Shown: positions 47,546 through 58,394, numbered from the stretch's first letter. The stretch is DNA of 64,000 nucleotides from Candidatus Altiarchaeota archaeon (GCA_043800255.1 JAZDNF010000013.1:128001-192000); one strand, 5' to 3'. The notes: generated by a model from the sequence alone, not told the origin. Translations and numbers: made by a program.

Positions 47546-49985
47546 GACATTAAAAGATAACTATTGGAGTAGGACGCGTAGAGGATTGTTTAGAACTAAA
47601 CTTATGACATTAATCGTAGTTATTTCTATTTGTCCACTACTCTCCACATCTGAGTGGTACGAAGGAGATCTCCATATACATACAGGCTATAGTAGTAGAG
47701 AAGGTTACGATAAGAATCTCCAGACTGAAGGAGATAACTGCCCAAAGGAACTAATAACGGACCAAGGATATACTCTTCAAGAATTAGAATCTCATAGCAA
47801 AGGTGTAGGACTCGATTGGATTACTGTGACAGATCATAGTTATTGCTTGGATGAATCTGAATGGGAAACCCTAAAATCCGAGTGTTCTGGACTTATTGAT
47901 TCAGATTTCTTGTGCATTATTGGTCAAGAAGTTTCCGTAAAAGAGGATTGTACATCAAATGACTATGAAGGTGCATGTACCAGAGAATCTCTGTTTACTC
48001 CAAAGGGTGTAAGCCATCTGGGTGTTAGAGGTCATTCACAATTTATACAAACATCACCACCTAATGTTTGGTGTCCTGACAGCCCAGGACAACAAGAGAC
48101 GATAAATTCGGTTAATTCAAGGGGAGGCGTAACCATCATAAACCATCCAAGCCACATCCAATACGACTGGGAAAGTAGCTCTTGTACTTCAGGCGAGACG
48201 GGAGTTGAGATATGGAACGGGGATACACCAGAACAGGATGACATCGAGTTCTGGAAATCCAGATTACTTCAAGGAGACCACCCATATGGATTTGGAGGTA
48301 CTGATTCCCATGACGAACTGAACACAAAAGTATACACATCGTGTTATATGTTTTCTTTGTCGGAGTCTAATCTCCTATCGGCTTTGCATGGGGGGCGTTG
48401 TTTTGTTTCGAATTCTCATGAGGTTGAGACGAAACTTTTTAAGAACAAGGATTACACTGGGATGATGGGAGACACTGTGACTGCAAATTCTTATGATGAA
48501 CTGGATTTTGACACTTACTGGACTCTGAAAGAGAATCCGACAACACCTAGACTCAGCATCTACGCCGGAAAAATAGGTGACTCCCACGAGGATATGATAT
48601 ACTACAAACTCTTAACCGGAAGTTCGTCTGGGGGAGTTGGTCTTCCAATCTCACCAGATGATATGACATACTATAGAGTAGAAATCCGCTCAATCGACCG
48701 CAAAAACACATTCTCCAATCCAATATGGGTTGAAATTGAAGACATAAACCCGGGAAAAACGCTGGAGATTTCCGCCACCGTCCATAATGTTGGTGATACT
48801 GATGCGTCGGATTTTGAGGTTAGGATACTGGATAACGCTGATGTGATTTACACTACTACGGTACCGTATCTGGCGGCTAACAGTTCCACCACTGTGAGCA
48901 CAACGTGGACTGCAGAGTTGGGAGTGCACAACTTCCACGTGCAACTGGATAATCCGAACACTATAGCGGAATCGGACGAGTCGGACAACAGCGCCTTCAA
49001 AACCGTGACAGTCACGGAGACAGGGATAACAGTCAACCCCACCGGGAGGGCGTCGGCGGAAGTCACATACACCGAACCGGTTGAAGTGCAAATACAAGAG
49101 GTAAACGACCCAGGAGACACAGAGTATAGCATCGACAGATTCATAGAGTATACTGCCAACACAAGCTTCGAAGAAGCCACCATAAGGATAAACTACTCTG
49201 AAGAGGGGCTAGATGTGGACGAACGAACCCTGAGGATACACTACTGGAATGAAACTACCGACGAGTGGCAGCAGATAACCCGGAGCGGAGTCAACACGGA
49301 TGATGATTACGTGTGGGCTGACGTAAACCACTTCTCGATTTACACAGCAATAGGGGAGAAAATGCCAGAGCTGACGGTGAACCTCAGCGGAGACAACCAA
49401 ACCGTGCCAGACAAGATGCTTCAGATAAAGACACAGATAGAAAATACAGGAGATGAAAACGCCAGCAACTTCACAATAGAATACTACGACCTCTACAACA
49501 ACACAAATGTCAGCAAGATAATGGAAACCACTATAAACAACCTAACACAACAAGAGCACATAATCCTAACCTTGAACTGGAACGACAACCGCACAGGAAA
49601 CCACACCATATTCACGATAGTTGACAGCTTGGACGAGATAGAAGAAGTCGACGAATCGAACAACATCGGAATCCTTGAGGTCGAAATCCTAGACGATGAA
49701 GATAACGATTATGTTGCAGACATATACGACGAGTGTAATGGGACGGTGCTGCCTGAGGATATTGACCTACTACCTAACCACTACGCAGATGTTGACGGAG
49801 ACCGCACACTAGAAACAAACACCGGCAACAACAAAAAACCACAGATAGCTAACAGCAACATAACACTAACAGACACCCGCGGATGCACATGCACACAAAT
49901 ACTCAAGCAAAAACCCGGAAAAGACAACGGAGAACTCAGACACGGGTGCACGAAAGGGACGACAGACAACTGGATCAGACCATAA
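47538..49985 (+). CDS. Secreted PHP-type (CehA/McbA-like) metallohydrolase with CARDB domains, an HFS-motif domain and a TSP3-like Cys-rich tail
   Basis: GDLHIHT, TDHS, GQE, NHP, EIWNG, GTDSH, SNPIWV; two V.N.G...E.DE.(D/N)N CARDB units; VNHFS; DDEDND...DEC. Confidence 0.8.
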   Translation: MNRTLKDNYWSRTRRGLFRTKLMTLIVVISICPLLSTSEWYEGDLHIHTGYSSREGYDKNLQTEGDNCPKELITDQGYTLQELESHSKGVGLDWITVTDHSYCLDESEWETLKSECSGLIDSDFLCIIGQEVSVKEDCTSNDYEGACTRESLFTPKGVSHLGVRGHSQFIQTSPPNVWCPDSPGQQETINSVNSRGGVTIINHPSHIQYDWESSSCTSGETGVEIWNGDTPEQDDIEFWKSRLLQGDHPYGFGGTDSHDELNTKVYTSCYMFSLSESNLLSALHGGRCFVSNSHEVETKLFKNKDYTGMMGDTVTANSYDELDFDTYWTLKENPTTPRLSIYAGKIGDSHEDMIYYKLLTGSSSGGVGLPISPDDMTYYRVEIRSIDRKNTFSNPIWVEIEDINPGKTLEISATVHNVGDTDASDFEVRILDNADVIYTTTVPYLAANSSTTVSTTWTAELGVHNFHVQLDNPNTIAESDESDNSAFKTVTVTETGITVNPTGRASAEVTYTEPVEVQIQEVNDPGDTEYSIDRFIEYTANTSFEEATIRINYSEEGLDVDERTLRIHYWNETTDEWQQITRSGVNTDDDYVWADVNHFSIYTAIGEKMPELTVNLSGDNQTVPDKMLQIKTQIENTGDENASNFTIEYYDLYNNTNVSKIMETTINNLTQQEHIILTLNWNDNRTGNHTIFTIVDSLDEIEEVDESNNIGILEVEILDDEDNDYVADIYDECNGTVLPEDIDLLPNHYADVDGDRTLETNTGNNKKPQIANSNITLTDTRGCTCTQILKQKPGKDNGELRHGCTKGTTDNWIRP

Positions 49986-50021
49986 AATGTCAGCCTTTTA
50001 CTAACAACTATTAAGGTAGAC

Positions 50022-50402
50022 CTAACTTTTTTTCTCTATTATATTCTCGACCGCGTCTATGAATTTCCCCAAATTATCAACCAAATCCCTAACTTCAATC
50101 TCATCCACATCCATTATAACCTGATAATCGCTTTTATCCCTCATGTTAGCGGCACGAGTCAGAATTTTTCCATATGTTTTATCTAACAAACCTTCCTTCA
50201 CCACACACTCCCCAAATTTCCCGATAGCGCCAGCATGCGATTTCGTATCAACACCCAGACTCGTTAACAACGCCTTAGCTGCATGAAAAACAGAGTAATA
50301 AGCGCGGTTCGCAGCAGACCGAAACCTGTTCTGTTCTACCAAAAGGCGCGCATCATTCGCAAACTCACGCGAAAGCTTCAACTCCTCTCGGACTATTTCC
50401 AT
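50022..50402 (-). CDS. HEPN domain protein (MNT-HEPN pair)
   Basis: AANRAYYSVFHAAKALL, KSH.G, R..SDY. Confidence 0.88.
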   Translation of the reverse strand: MEIVREELKLSREFANDARLLVEQNRFRSAANRAYYSVFHAAKALLTSLGVDTKSHAGAIGKFGECVVKEGLLDKTYGKILTRAANMRDKSDYQVIMDVDEIEVRDLVDNLGKFIDAVENIIEKKS

Positions 50403-50724
50403 ACAACAGAACCCCCTTCGACAATACTTCCCTCATAAAAGAGGAGCCCGCCCTAACCTCCTCCCGCACTTCATTAGGAGAGTCGAAAAGAACAGACAAT
50501 GCAACACCATACTCCGCATTAACATCCGTCTGAATATCAAGAATAGTATTATAAACCCGCTTAGAACTGGATATTATCAGAACATCCACATCACTCTCGC
50601 CCTGCCTATACTCGCCACGCGCAGCCGAACCATATAGTAAAATCTGATCAATATGTCCTCCAACCCTGTCAGTAACACGACCAACAAAATCGTCCAACGC
50701 TCGCTTATAACCCAATGCCGCCAT
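50365..50724 (-). CDS. Minimal nucleotidyltransferase (MNT)
   Basis: LYGSAARG.....SDVDVL, C-terminal F..EV...G..LY. Start MAALG at 50724. Confidence 0.88.
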   Translation of the reverse strand: MAALGYKRALDDFVGRVTDRVGGHIDQILLYGSAARGEYRQGESDVDVLIISSSKRVYNTILDIQTDVNAEYGVALSVLFDSPNEVREEVRAGSSFMREVLSKGVLLYGNSPRGVEAFA

Positions 50725-50874
50725 AACAATAATATAATCAACAGAAACATTAAAATAGAGGGAAAAACACGATAACGCCACAAATGAGGGATAACACCAA
50801 CAACCTGGCAAAAGAGAAGACAGTCCACACACCATGCTGCTGATTTTTATACCGCGGTTTTGAATATTAAAGGG

Positions 50875-51306
50875 ATGATAGTGGAAGCTGTCAGGGCGGT
50901 CGTCGGGTTCCTGCTGGTGCTGTTCGTGCCAGGATACGCGGCAACGTGGGCGCTGTTCCCAGACGACAAGGAAATAGACTGGATTGAGAGGATAGCGCTG
51001 TCAATAGGGTTGAGCATCTCACTGGTAGTATTGACAGTGTACGTGATGAACCTCGCGCTCGGCATAAAGATAAACTTCGTCAACAGCCTGCTCATAATAC
51101 TGCTGATAACCCTCGCCTGCGGAGGGATAGGATACTACAGGATGAGCCAGAAAGAGGAGAAAGGAGCTAATAAGGAAAAGAAAACCAAATGCCCGAACTG
51201 CGGGTCGGAAGTGATAACACACTACGACCAACACTACGAATGCGACAACTGCGGCAGACAGTGGACGCAACTCAAACAGGCCAAGAAGAAGACAGCGAAA
51301 AAATAG
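50875..51306 (+). CDS. DUF1616 N-terminal membrane domain plus zinc ribbon
   Basis: LFVPGYA...LFP...IDWIERIALSIGLSI; CPNCG...CDNCG. Confidence 0.75.
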   Translation: MIVEAVRAVVGFLLVLFVPGYAATWALFPDDKEIDWIERIALSIGLSISLVVLTVYVMNLALGIKINFVNSLLIILLITLACGGIGYYRMSQKEEKGANKEKKTKCPNCGSEVITHYDQHYECDNCGRQWTQLKQAKKKTAKK

Positions 51307-51361
51307 ACTTTATATTCTAATTCTGCACTATAAGTAAGCCGTTTCAAATAGGCTAACCAGT

Positions 51362-52321
51362 ATGGAAATCACAATCGTCGGAGGCTCAGGCTACACCGGC
51401 AGAGAGCTCATCCGGCTGCTGGAAAAACACCCCAACGCAGGGAAGATAACCGTGACCTCAACACAATACAGCGGGAAAAAGGTCAAAGAACTGCACCCCA
51501 CCCTCCAGACTAACCTGGAATTCGAAGAACTCAACTACGGTAAGGCCAATGAGACTGATATGGTCTTCTGCTGCACACCCCACACCAAGACGCTGGACAT
51601 CGTCGCCCAGCTTACGACGAAGGTGATAGACTTGAGCGCAGACTACCGGCTCAAAAACCCGGGAGAATATGAAAAATACTACGGAGTCAAGCACACTCAC
51701 CCTGAGCTGCTGAAGGACACAGTGTACGGGCTGCCTGAACTCCACAGGAAGGAGATAAAAAAAGCGCGGGTTATCGCAAACCCAGGATGCTTTCCCACAG
51801 CGATAATATTGGGATTGAAGCCGCTCATGGAGTTGAAACCTGAGAAGATTGCTGTGGACGCGAAGACAGGATACAGCGGCGCAGGCAAGAAATCAGAGGA
51901 GACGGAGTATCAGGCGAAACTGAAGGACAATATCATACCCTACAAGGCCGTAGGACACCAGCACACCCCAGAACTGGAGCAGGAGCTTGGAATGAAGGTC
52001 GGATTCACGCCCCACCTGCTTCCGGTAGAGCGGGGGATACTAGCCACATTCCACGTGTACGCTGAGGCCGGAGCGGAGAGGATGAAAGAGCTATTGGAGA
52101 AACAGTACAAGAAGGAGCCGTTCATAAAGCTGGTGGAGACGCCCAGCCTCCAGACTGTCAACAACACCAACTACTGCGAGATAGGCGGGCTCCGGGAGGA
52201 CGGCACAGGCAGGAAAGTCTTCTTCTCGGCGATAGACAACCTCATAAAAGGAGCCTCCGGGCAGGCTGTGCAGAACATGAACATCATGCTCGGATACGAG
52301 GAGACCCTGGGACTAAAGTAG
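51362..52321 (+). CDS. argC: N-acetyl-gamma-glutamyl-phosphate reductase (ArgC/LysY family)
   Basis: GGSGYTG.EL.RLL..HP, DLSADYR, YGLPE, ANPGCFPT, DNLIKGASGQAVQNMN. Confidence 0.9.
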   Translation: MEITIVGGSGYTGRELIRLLEKHPNAGKITVTSTQYSGKKVKELHPTLQTNLEFEELNYGKANETDMVFCCTPHTKTLDIVAQLTTKVIDLSADYRLKNPGEYEKYYGVKHTHPELLKDTVYGLPELHRKEIKKARVIANPGCFPTAIILGLKPLMELKPEKIAVDAKTGYSGAGKKSEETEYQAKLKDNIIPYKAVGHQHTPELEQELGMKVGFTPHLLPVERGILATFHVYAEAGAERMKELLEKQYKKEPFIKLVETPSLQTVNNTNYCEIGGLREDGTGRKVFFSAIDNLIKGASGQAVQNMNIMLGYEETLGLK

Positions 52322-54895
52322 ATGATCGTAAGACAGGAGAAACCATACGAGGAACAGGAAGTATACGAGATTCTGAATCCGCTGGTCGCAGGCTGGTTCA
52401 AAAAAAAGTTCGGGAAGTTCGCGCTACCCCAGAGGTACGCTATACCGAACATACACAAGGGGGAGAGCACGCTCGTGTCAGCGCCCACGGGAAGCGGGAA
52501 GACGCTGACGGCGTTCCTCACCATACTGAACGAGCTGATAACCCTTTCTGAGCAGAACAAGCTGGAGGAGAAAGTCTACTGCGTCTACATCTCGCCGTTG
52601 AAGGCGCTGAACAACGACATCAAGAAGAACCTTGAGGAGCCGCTAAGGGAACTGGAAGAGCAGGCTGGAAGGAAGTTGGGGGTGCGGGTGACTGTGAGAA
52701 CAGGCGACACGCCGACGTCGGAGCGGAGCAAGATGCTGAGGACGCCGCCGCACATTCTGATAACGACGCCGGAGACGCTGGCGATAGTATTGACCGCGCC
52801 CAAGTTCAAGGAGAAGCTGAAGGACGTCAGATGGGTGATAGTGGACGAGATACACGCGCTCGCTGAGAACAAGAGGGGCGTGCACTTGAGCCTCAGCCTG
52901 GAACGGCTGCAGAACCTCGCAGGGCGGTTCACGAGGATAGGGTTGAGCGCGACAATACATCCATTAGAGAAGGTCGCCGAATTTCTGGTAGGCTATGAGA
53001 ATAACCAGGTTAGGGACTGCAAGGTGGTGGACGTCCAGTTCATCAAGGAATTGGACCTGAAAGTGCTGAGCCCAGTCCCCAACCTGATGAACGCCAGCCA
53101 GGAGGACATACACAAGAGCATGTACCAGCTCCTCCACAGCCTCATACAGGAGCATAAGACTACGTTAATATTCACGAACACGAGAAGCGGCACTGAAAGA
53201 GTCGTGCACAACCTCAAGGACACGTACAAGGAGCACTACAGCGAGAACATCGGAGCCCATCACAGTTCCCTATCGGCAGAGCACAGGCTCGACATAGAGG
53301 ATAAACTGAGAGGGGGGAAGCTGAAGGTCGTGGTCAGCTCCACCAGCCTGGAGCTGGGCATAGACATAGGATACGTGGACTTGGTTATACTGCTGGGAAG
53401 TCCGAAGTCGGTGTCGAGGGCGCTGCAGAGGATAGGCAGGTCAGGGCACAAGCTGCACGACAAAGCCAAGGGCAGGATAATAGTGATGGACAGGGACGAC
53501 CTCATAGAATGCTCCATCCTGTTGAAGAATGCGCTGGAGGGGAAGCTTGACAGGATACGGATTCCTGAGAACTGCCTAGACGTGCTGGCACAGCAGATAT
53601 ACGGGATAGCGATAGCGGAGACAGAGCACATAGAGAACGTCTACCACATGGTGAGGAGAAGCTACTGCTACAGGAACCTAAGCAGGGAAGACTATCAGAG
53701 GATAATAGACTACCTGGCAGGAGAGTACGTCGAACTCGAGCAGAGGAGCGTGTACGCGAAAATATGGGTCAAGAACGACATGATAGGGAAGAGGAGCAGG
53801 ATGGCGAGGCCCATATACTCCACCAACATCGGGACAATACCTGATGAATCCTATGTGACGGTAATATCGGGAGACACGAGGATAGGCAAAATCGAAGAAG
53901 CGTTCCTGGAGAGGCTGAACAAGGGCGACATATTCGTGCTCGGAGGGAAGATATACAGGTTCAACTACAGCAGGGGAATGACAGCCCAGGTCACGCCGTC
54001 ATCCGGGCCGCCGACAGTGCCCTCCTGGTTCTCGGAGCAGCTTCCGTTAAGCTTCGACCTGGCGATGGAAATCCAGAGGTTCAGGCGGCTCATGGAGGAG
54101 AGGATAGAGGAGAAGGCAGTCGCCAAGGAATTCATAAGGGACTACCTGTACGTGGACGAGAACGCCGTCAACTCCATCTATGAGTATTTCAGGGAGCAGC
54201 ACATGTACGCGAGGATACCGCATGATGGGAGGATACTGATCGAGCATGTGACAGGATTCGGGAAGAAGTACATAGTCTTCCACACGCTGTACGGGAGGAG
54301 GGTGAACGACGCGCTGTCGAGAGCGACAGCGTATGTGATAACGAAGAAGAACGTCGCGATAGGGCTCACCGACAATGGATTCTACCTGATGATTGACGGA
54401 AAAGCCGATGCTGTGAGGGCCTTCTACAGGCTGACGCCTGAGAACCTGAGAGAGATACTGGAGAACGCGATAGACAAGAGCGACGTCCTCGCGAGGAGGT
54501 TCAGGCACTGCGCAGCACGGTCGCTGATGATACTCAGAAACTACAAGGGACGGCAGAAGTCGGTCGGAAAGCAGCAGATGGGCTCCAGGATACTGCTGAG
54601 CTTCGTCAAGAGGCTGGACGACAAGTTCCCGATACTGGAGGAAGCGAGGAGGGAAGTGCTTGAAGACCTGATGGACGTCGAGAACGCCATAAAAATCTTA
54701 GAAGACGTGAAAGAGGGCAAGGTCAGGGTGAAGATGATATCAAACGACGTGCCGACTCCGTTCGCCTTCAACCTCGTCGCAAGAGGGTACATGGACGTCC
54801 TGAGATTGGAGGAGCGGACAGAGTTCATAAAGAGGATGCACGAGGCCATACTGGAGAGGATAAAGGATGGTAGAGGAAATCCTGCCGGGCTTTAG
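52322..54895 (+). CDS. lhr: Lhr-family ATP-dependent SF2 helicase
   Basis: [52 protein letters not shown]. Confidence 0.92.
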   Translation: MIVRQEKPYEEQEVYEILNPLVAGWFKKKFGKFALPQRYAIPNIHKGESTLVSAPTGSGKTLTAFLTILNELITLSEQNKLEEKVYCVYISPLKALNNDIKKNLEEPLRELEEQAGRKLGVRVTVRTGDTPTSERSKMLRTPPHILITTPETLAIVLTAPKFKEKLKDVRWVIVDEIHALAENKRGVHLSLSLERLQNLAGRFTRIGLSATIHPLEKVAEFLVGYENNQVRDCKVVDVQFIKELDLKVLSPVPNLMNASQEDIHKSMYQLLHSLIQEHKTTLIFTNTRSGTERVVHNLKDTYKEHYSENIGAHHSSLSAEHRLDIEDKLRGGKLKVVVSSTSLELGIDIGYVDLVILLGSPKSVSRALQRIGRSGHKLHDKAKGRIIVMDRDDLIECSILLKNALEGKLDRIRIPENCLDVLAQQIYGIAIAETEHIENVYHMVRRSYCYRNLSREDYQRIIDYLAGEYVELEQRSVYAKIWVKNDMIGKRSRMARPIYSTNIGTIPDESYVTVISGDTRIGKIEEAFLERLNKGDIFVLGGKIYRFNYSRGMTAQVTPSSGPPTVPSWFSEQLPLSFDLAMEIQRFRRLMEERIEEKAVAKEFIRDYLYVDENAVNSIYEYFREQHMYARIPHDGRILIEHVTGFGKKYIVFHTLYGRRVNDALSRATAYVITKKNVAIGLTDNGFYLMIDGKADAVRAFYRLTPENLREILENAIDKSDVLARRFRHCAARSLMILRNYKGRQKSVGKQQMGSRILLSFVKRLDDKFPILEEARREVLEDLMDVENAIKILEDVKEGKVRVKMISNDVPTPFAFNLVARGYMDVLRLEERTEFIKRMHEAILERIKDGRGNPAGL

Positions 54896-55577
54896 GATAG
54901 TAGACCTTGCCCTGTATCTTGAGGAGAGCGGCACGCTGGTGTTCGCCGACGTCCACCTGGGCTATGAGGAATGCCTGAACAGGCAGGGGATCATGGTGCC
55001 GAGGTTCCAGTACAGGACGGTGATAGGCCATCTTGACGGCATACTGGAGGAGACAGCGCCGGAGAGGATTGTCATAGGCGGTGACCTGAAGCACGAGTTC
55101 GGAAGGATTTCGGAGCAGGAGTGGACTGAAGTCCTGAGGTTCCTGGACCGGCTGAAGGAGTATGATATCGTGCTGGTGAAGGGAAACCACGACACCATAC
55201 TGGGGCCGATAGCAGGCAGGAAGAACGTCAGAGTCGAGGATGACTGCATTGTAGGGAAGACGCTGATAACGCACGGCCACAGGATACCTGACAAAAAGAC
55301 CCTGAAGAAATGCGAGACCATCGTGATAGGACACGAGCATCCGGCCATAGGAGTCAAGGACGAGACCATGAAGGAGACCGTCAAATGCTTCCTCAAGGGA
55401 AAGTACGAGGGAAAGAATCTGATAGTGATGCCGTCGTTCAATTTCATAACAGAAGGCACTGACGTACTGAACGAGGAGATACTGTCGCCTTTCCTGAAGC
55501 AGAATCTTGATGATTTCGAGGCATACTGTGTCGAAGAGAGGAAGGTGATGTACTTCGGGAGGATCGGGAAGCTATAG
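54867..55577 (+). CDS. Lhr-associated metallophosphoesterase (MPE)
   Basis: D.HLG, GDLKH, GNHD, HGH, GHEHP, MPSF. Confidence 0.9.
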   Translation: MVEEILPGFRIVDLALYLEESGTLVFADVHLGYEECLNRQGIMVPRFQYRTVIGHLDGILEETAPERIVIGGDLKHEFGRISEQEWTEVLRFLDRLKEYDIVLVKGNHDTILGPIAGRKNVRVEDDCIVGKTLITHGHRIPDKKTLKKCETIVIGHEHPAIGVKDETMKETVKCFLKGKYEGKNLIVMPSFNFITEGTDVLNEEILSPFLKQNLDDFEAYCVEERKVMYFGRIGKL

Positions 55578-55580
55578 CGA

Positions 55581-58394
55581 TCAACGCCTATGCTTGCCGA
55601 GGGAATCCTTTAGCGATTCGATATCAACCTCTAGGTCGATGAGCCTCTTCTCGGAGTCCATCACCATCTCCTTGTAAGCGTTCTCATCGATCTCCCGATT
55701 TTTGAACCTCTTTTTCGCATCCTTTATCGCCCTGCTCACACCAGCCTGCTCCCTCTCGAGGTCCCTGAGCCTGGCCTCCGCGCCTCTGGCGGTATCGACT
55801 GCGGAGGGTTTGACCTCCTTCCAGGAGTTGAGCGCGTCCCAGAGGTCAGTGTAGAAATCCTTCTCGCCGCTCTCCTCAAGCTGCTTCTGGGCGAGCTTGA
55901 ACCACGGAGGAAGCGATGACTTCCGCTCCCTCAGTGATGCGAGGAAGTCGTTCATGTTAGCCTCCCTCTCCTCGCCGCCTCTGTAGGCTTCCTCCCAGGG
56001 GAGCTCGAGAGCGTGGTCGCAGACGGCCTTGAGGTCTGCTGAAGAAAACCCTTCGGTAAGCTCGGCCAGCCTGCTGAAATTCACATCAGTGCTGACAGGC
56101 TTGCCCCGCGTATGGATTTTTAGGATAGCTTCCCGCGTTTCCTTGTTCGGATTTGGAACGTAAACCTGGTGGGTGAACCTGCCGGCACGCCTCAACGCAG
56201 GATCGACGTCCCACGGCGCGTTGGTTGAGCCGATGACCATGACGCCCTTCTTCTCGACGAAGCCGTCCATCTCAGTCAGGAACTGGTTTACCAGCCTCCT
56301 GGCTGTGCCGGAAGCCTCCTCCCTTCGGGGAGCGATGGCATCTATCTCGTCGAAGAACAATATGGAGGGGGCATTGCGCGCAGCCCTCTCGAACGCAGCC
56401 TTGATGTTGCGCTCGCTCTCGCCCTCCTCGCCGGATATGACGTCAGTGACGCTGACACTGAAGAATGACGCATGACACTCTCCTGCCGTTGCCCTCGCAA
56501 GGTACGTCTTGCCGCAGCCAGGGGGGCCGTAGAAGAGTATCCCGCCGCCGACGGTCTTCCCGAACTTCTTAGCGAGCTCAGGGTTGGTCAGCGGATAGAC
56601 GACGGACTTCTTTATCTTGTCCTTTGCAGTCTCCAGGTCAGCGACGTCGGAGAAGGTTATGTCAGGCTTGACTACCTGGTCGACGCCTCCGGCATAGAAC
56701 AGTATGTAGTCCGCAAGGTCCTTGAAGAGGTTCTCCTCGCCGCTCTTCCTGATTTCCTTCTCAGCGAGCTTGTACCATGCTGTGAGAGAGCTTGACCGCT
56801 GGCCCAATGCTGTGACGAAATCCTTCATGTTAGCCTTCCGCGGCGTCTGACCCTTGAGCGCCTCCTCCCAGGGTATGTCAAGAGCATCGTCGCAGATTGT
56901 CTTGATGTCAGCGGAAGAGTAGCCTTCCGTCAACTCTGCGAGTTTGGGGTAGTCCACGTCGACTGCCACAGGCCTCTTCCTCGTGTGAATCTTGAATATC
57001 TCCTCCCTCGCTTCAATCTCAGGAGGGGGGATGAAAATCTGGTCCGTGAACCTGCCGGCACGCCTCAACGCAGGATCGAGGTCCCATGGGATGTTAGTGG
57101 AGCCGATGATGAGAACGTTCTCGCTGAGGTTTTCGACGCCGTCCATCTCAGTCAGGAACTGGTTGACTAGGACTCTTGAGGAGCCCTCCATCTCAGTCCT
57201 CTTGCCGCTGAGAGCGTCTATCTCGTCGAAGAATACTATCGAGGGCGCGTTCTGGCCGGCCTTCTTGAATATCTCGTGGATGTTTTTTGTGCCCTGCTCC
57301 GACCCTCCGCTGACGATGTCCGCAGTGTTTACGTTGAAGAAGTTGACGCCGCATTCGCCGACGGTCGCCCTGGCGATGTAGGTCTTGCCGCAGCCAGGAG
57401 GGCCGTAGAAGAGTATCCTCCCGCCGCCCTTCCGGGAATACTTCTTCGAGAGCTCAGGGTGCGTGAGGGGGTAGACGATGGACTGCATTATGTGCTCCTT
57501 CACATCCTTCAGGTTTGCTACGTGGGAGAAGTTTATCGTGGAGGACTCCACAGGCACCGAGCCTGCGGCGGTCATCGCGGTCGCGAAGGAGATTGGGTCT
57601 AGGCTGACTTCAGTCTTGAAATCCTTCTTGACCTTTTTGGAGCCCTTGGAGCACACGAGCATGTTCACTGTTGACTTTCCAGTCTTCTCTTGCTCAAGCA
57701 CAATATACGGCAGGTATGAGAGGCCGTTCAGGAAGACGCTGCCAGCGAAGAGGATGCTCAGAACCTCGCTGATCGACTCGTTGGAGAACCTGATCGGGTC
57801 CTTGTCATAGTCGTCGTCCGCCTTGTCCTTGACGTCCAGGAACGCCCCGAGATTGTAGCGCTGGTTGCCGAATGTTGGCAGGCGGAAGGTCGGCCTCACA
57901 AGATGCTTCCGCATGATCCTGTCGTCGAAGAAATAATAGCGTATGAAATTGAAGAGCTGGTTGGCCTCAGGTTCATAAATTTCTATGAGACCCTGGCTGG
58001 CTAGGAAGGAAACTACGCTGGAGTCCATCTCCCTGTAAGAGAGGCTGCCGTATTCGTAGAGATGGCCCATCGCGTTCACAACGGCAGGCGGGAAGTCCAG
58101 CATCCTCCTGATAAGGTCTGTCGTCTCGAGTTTCGGCTCATGGTGGAATGCCCTGCCCTTGGCGGCATAGTAGAGGTCGCCGTGTGAGAGGTCAACGTAG
58201 AAGATGCAATCCTTCCTGTCGTATGCGATCTTCTTGAAGACCTTCCCCTCGTGCTTGGCCTCGGTCCGCGTCACCTTGAACTGGGCGAGGGGAGAATACC
58301 TCCGGTAAATCTTGGATCCGCGGGATTTCAGAAGATTCTTCTCCAGCTTAGAGTCAATTGAGAATGCGTCTGTTATGACCTTCGTTATCTTCAT
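55581..58394 (-). CDS. Tandem AAA+ ATPase (CDC48/Vps4-related) with unrecognised N-domain and coiled-coil tail
   Basis: Two GPPGCGKT / FFDEID / NQFLTEMDG / DPALRRAGRF modules. Confidence 0.88.
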   Translation of the reverse strand: MKITKVITDAFSIDSKLEKNLLKSRGSKIYRRYSPLAQFKVTRTEAKHEGKVFKKIAYDRKDCIFYVDLSHGDLYYAAKGRAFHHEPKLETTDLIRRMLDFPPAVVNAMGHLYEYGSLSYREMDSSVVSFLASQGLIEIYEPEANQLFNFIRYYFFDDRIMRKHLVRPTFRLPTFGNQRYNLGAFLDVKDKADDDYDKDPIRFSNESISEVLSILFAGSVFLNGLSYLPYIVLEQEKTGKSTVNMLVCSKGSKKVKKDFKTEVSLDPISFATAMTAAGSVPVESSTINFSHVANLKDVKEHIMQSIVYPLTHPELSKKYSRKGGGRILFYGPPGCGKTYIARATVGECGVNFFNVNTADIVSGGSEQGTKNIHEIFKKAGQNAPSIVFFDEIDALSGKRTEMEGSSRVLVNQFLTEMDGVENLSENVLIIGSTNIPWDLDPALRRAGRFTDQIFIPPPEIEAREEIFKIHTRKRPVAVDVDYPKLAELTEGYSSADIKTICDDALDIPWEEALKGQTPRKANMKDFVTALGQRSSSLTAWYKLAEKEIRKSGEENLFKDLADYILFYAGGVDQVVKPDITFSDVADLETAKDKIKKSVVYPLTNPELAKKFGKTVGGGILFYGPPGCGKTYLARATAGECHASFFSVSVTDVISGEEGESERNIKAAFERAARNAPSILFFDEIDAIAPRREEASGTARRLVNQFLTEMDGFVEKKGVMVIGSTNAPWDVDPALRRAGRFTHQVYVPNPNKETREAILKIHTRGKPVSTDVNFSRLAELTEGFSSADLKAVCDHALELPWEEAYRGGEEREANMNDFLASLRERKSSLPPWFKLAQKQLEESGEKDFYTDLWDALNSWKEVKPSAVDTARGAEARLRDLEREQAGVSRAIKDAKKRFKNREIDENAYKEMVMDSEKRLIDLEVDIESLKDSLGKHRR

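Noticed and set aside
51187-51260. Zinc ribbon upstream of argC as a LysW carrier
   Set aside because: Lacks the C-terminal EDWGE motif, ends in a basic tail and is fused to TM helices.
52171-57810. Many 60-170 aa antisense ORFs over lhr, MPE and the AAA ATPase (also over other long genes)
   Set aside because: They lie fully opposite well-supported genes and show no recognisable motifs.
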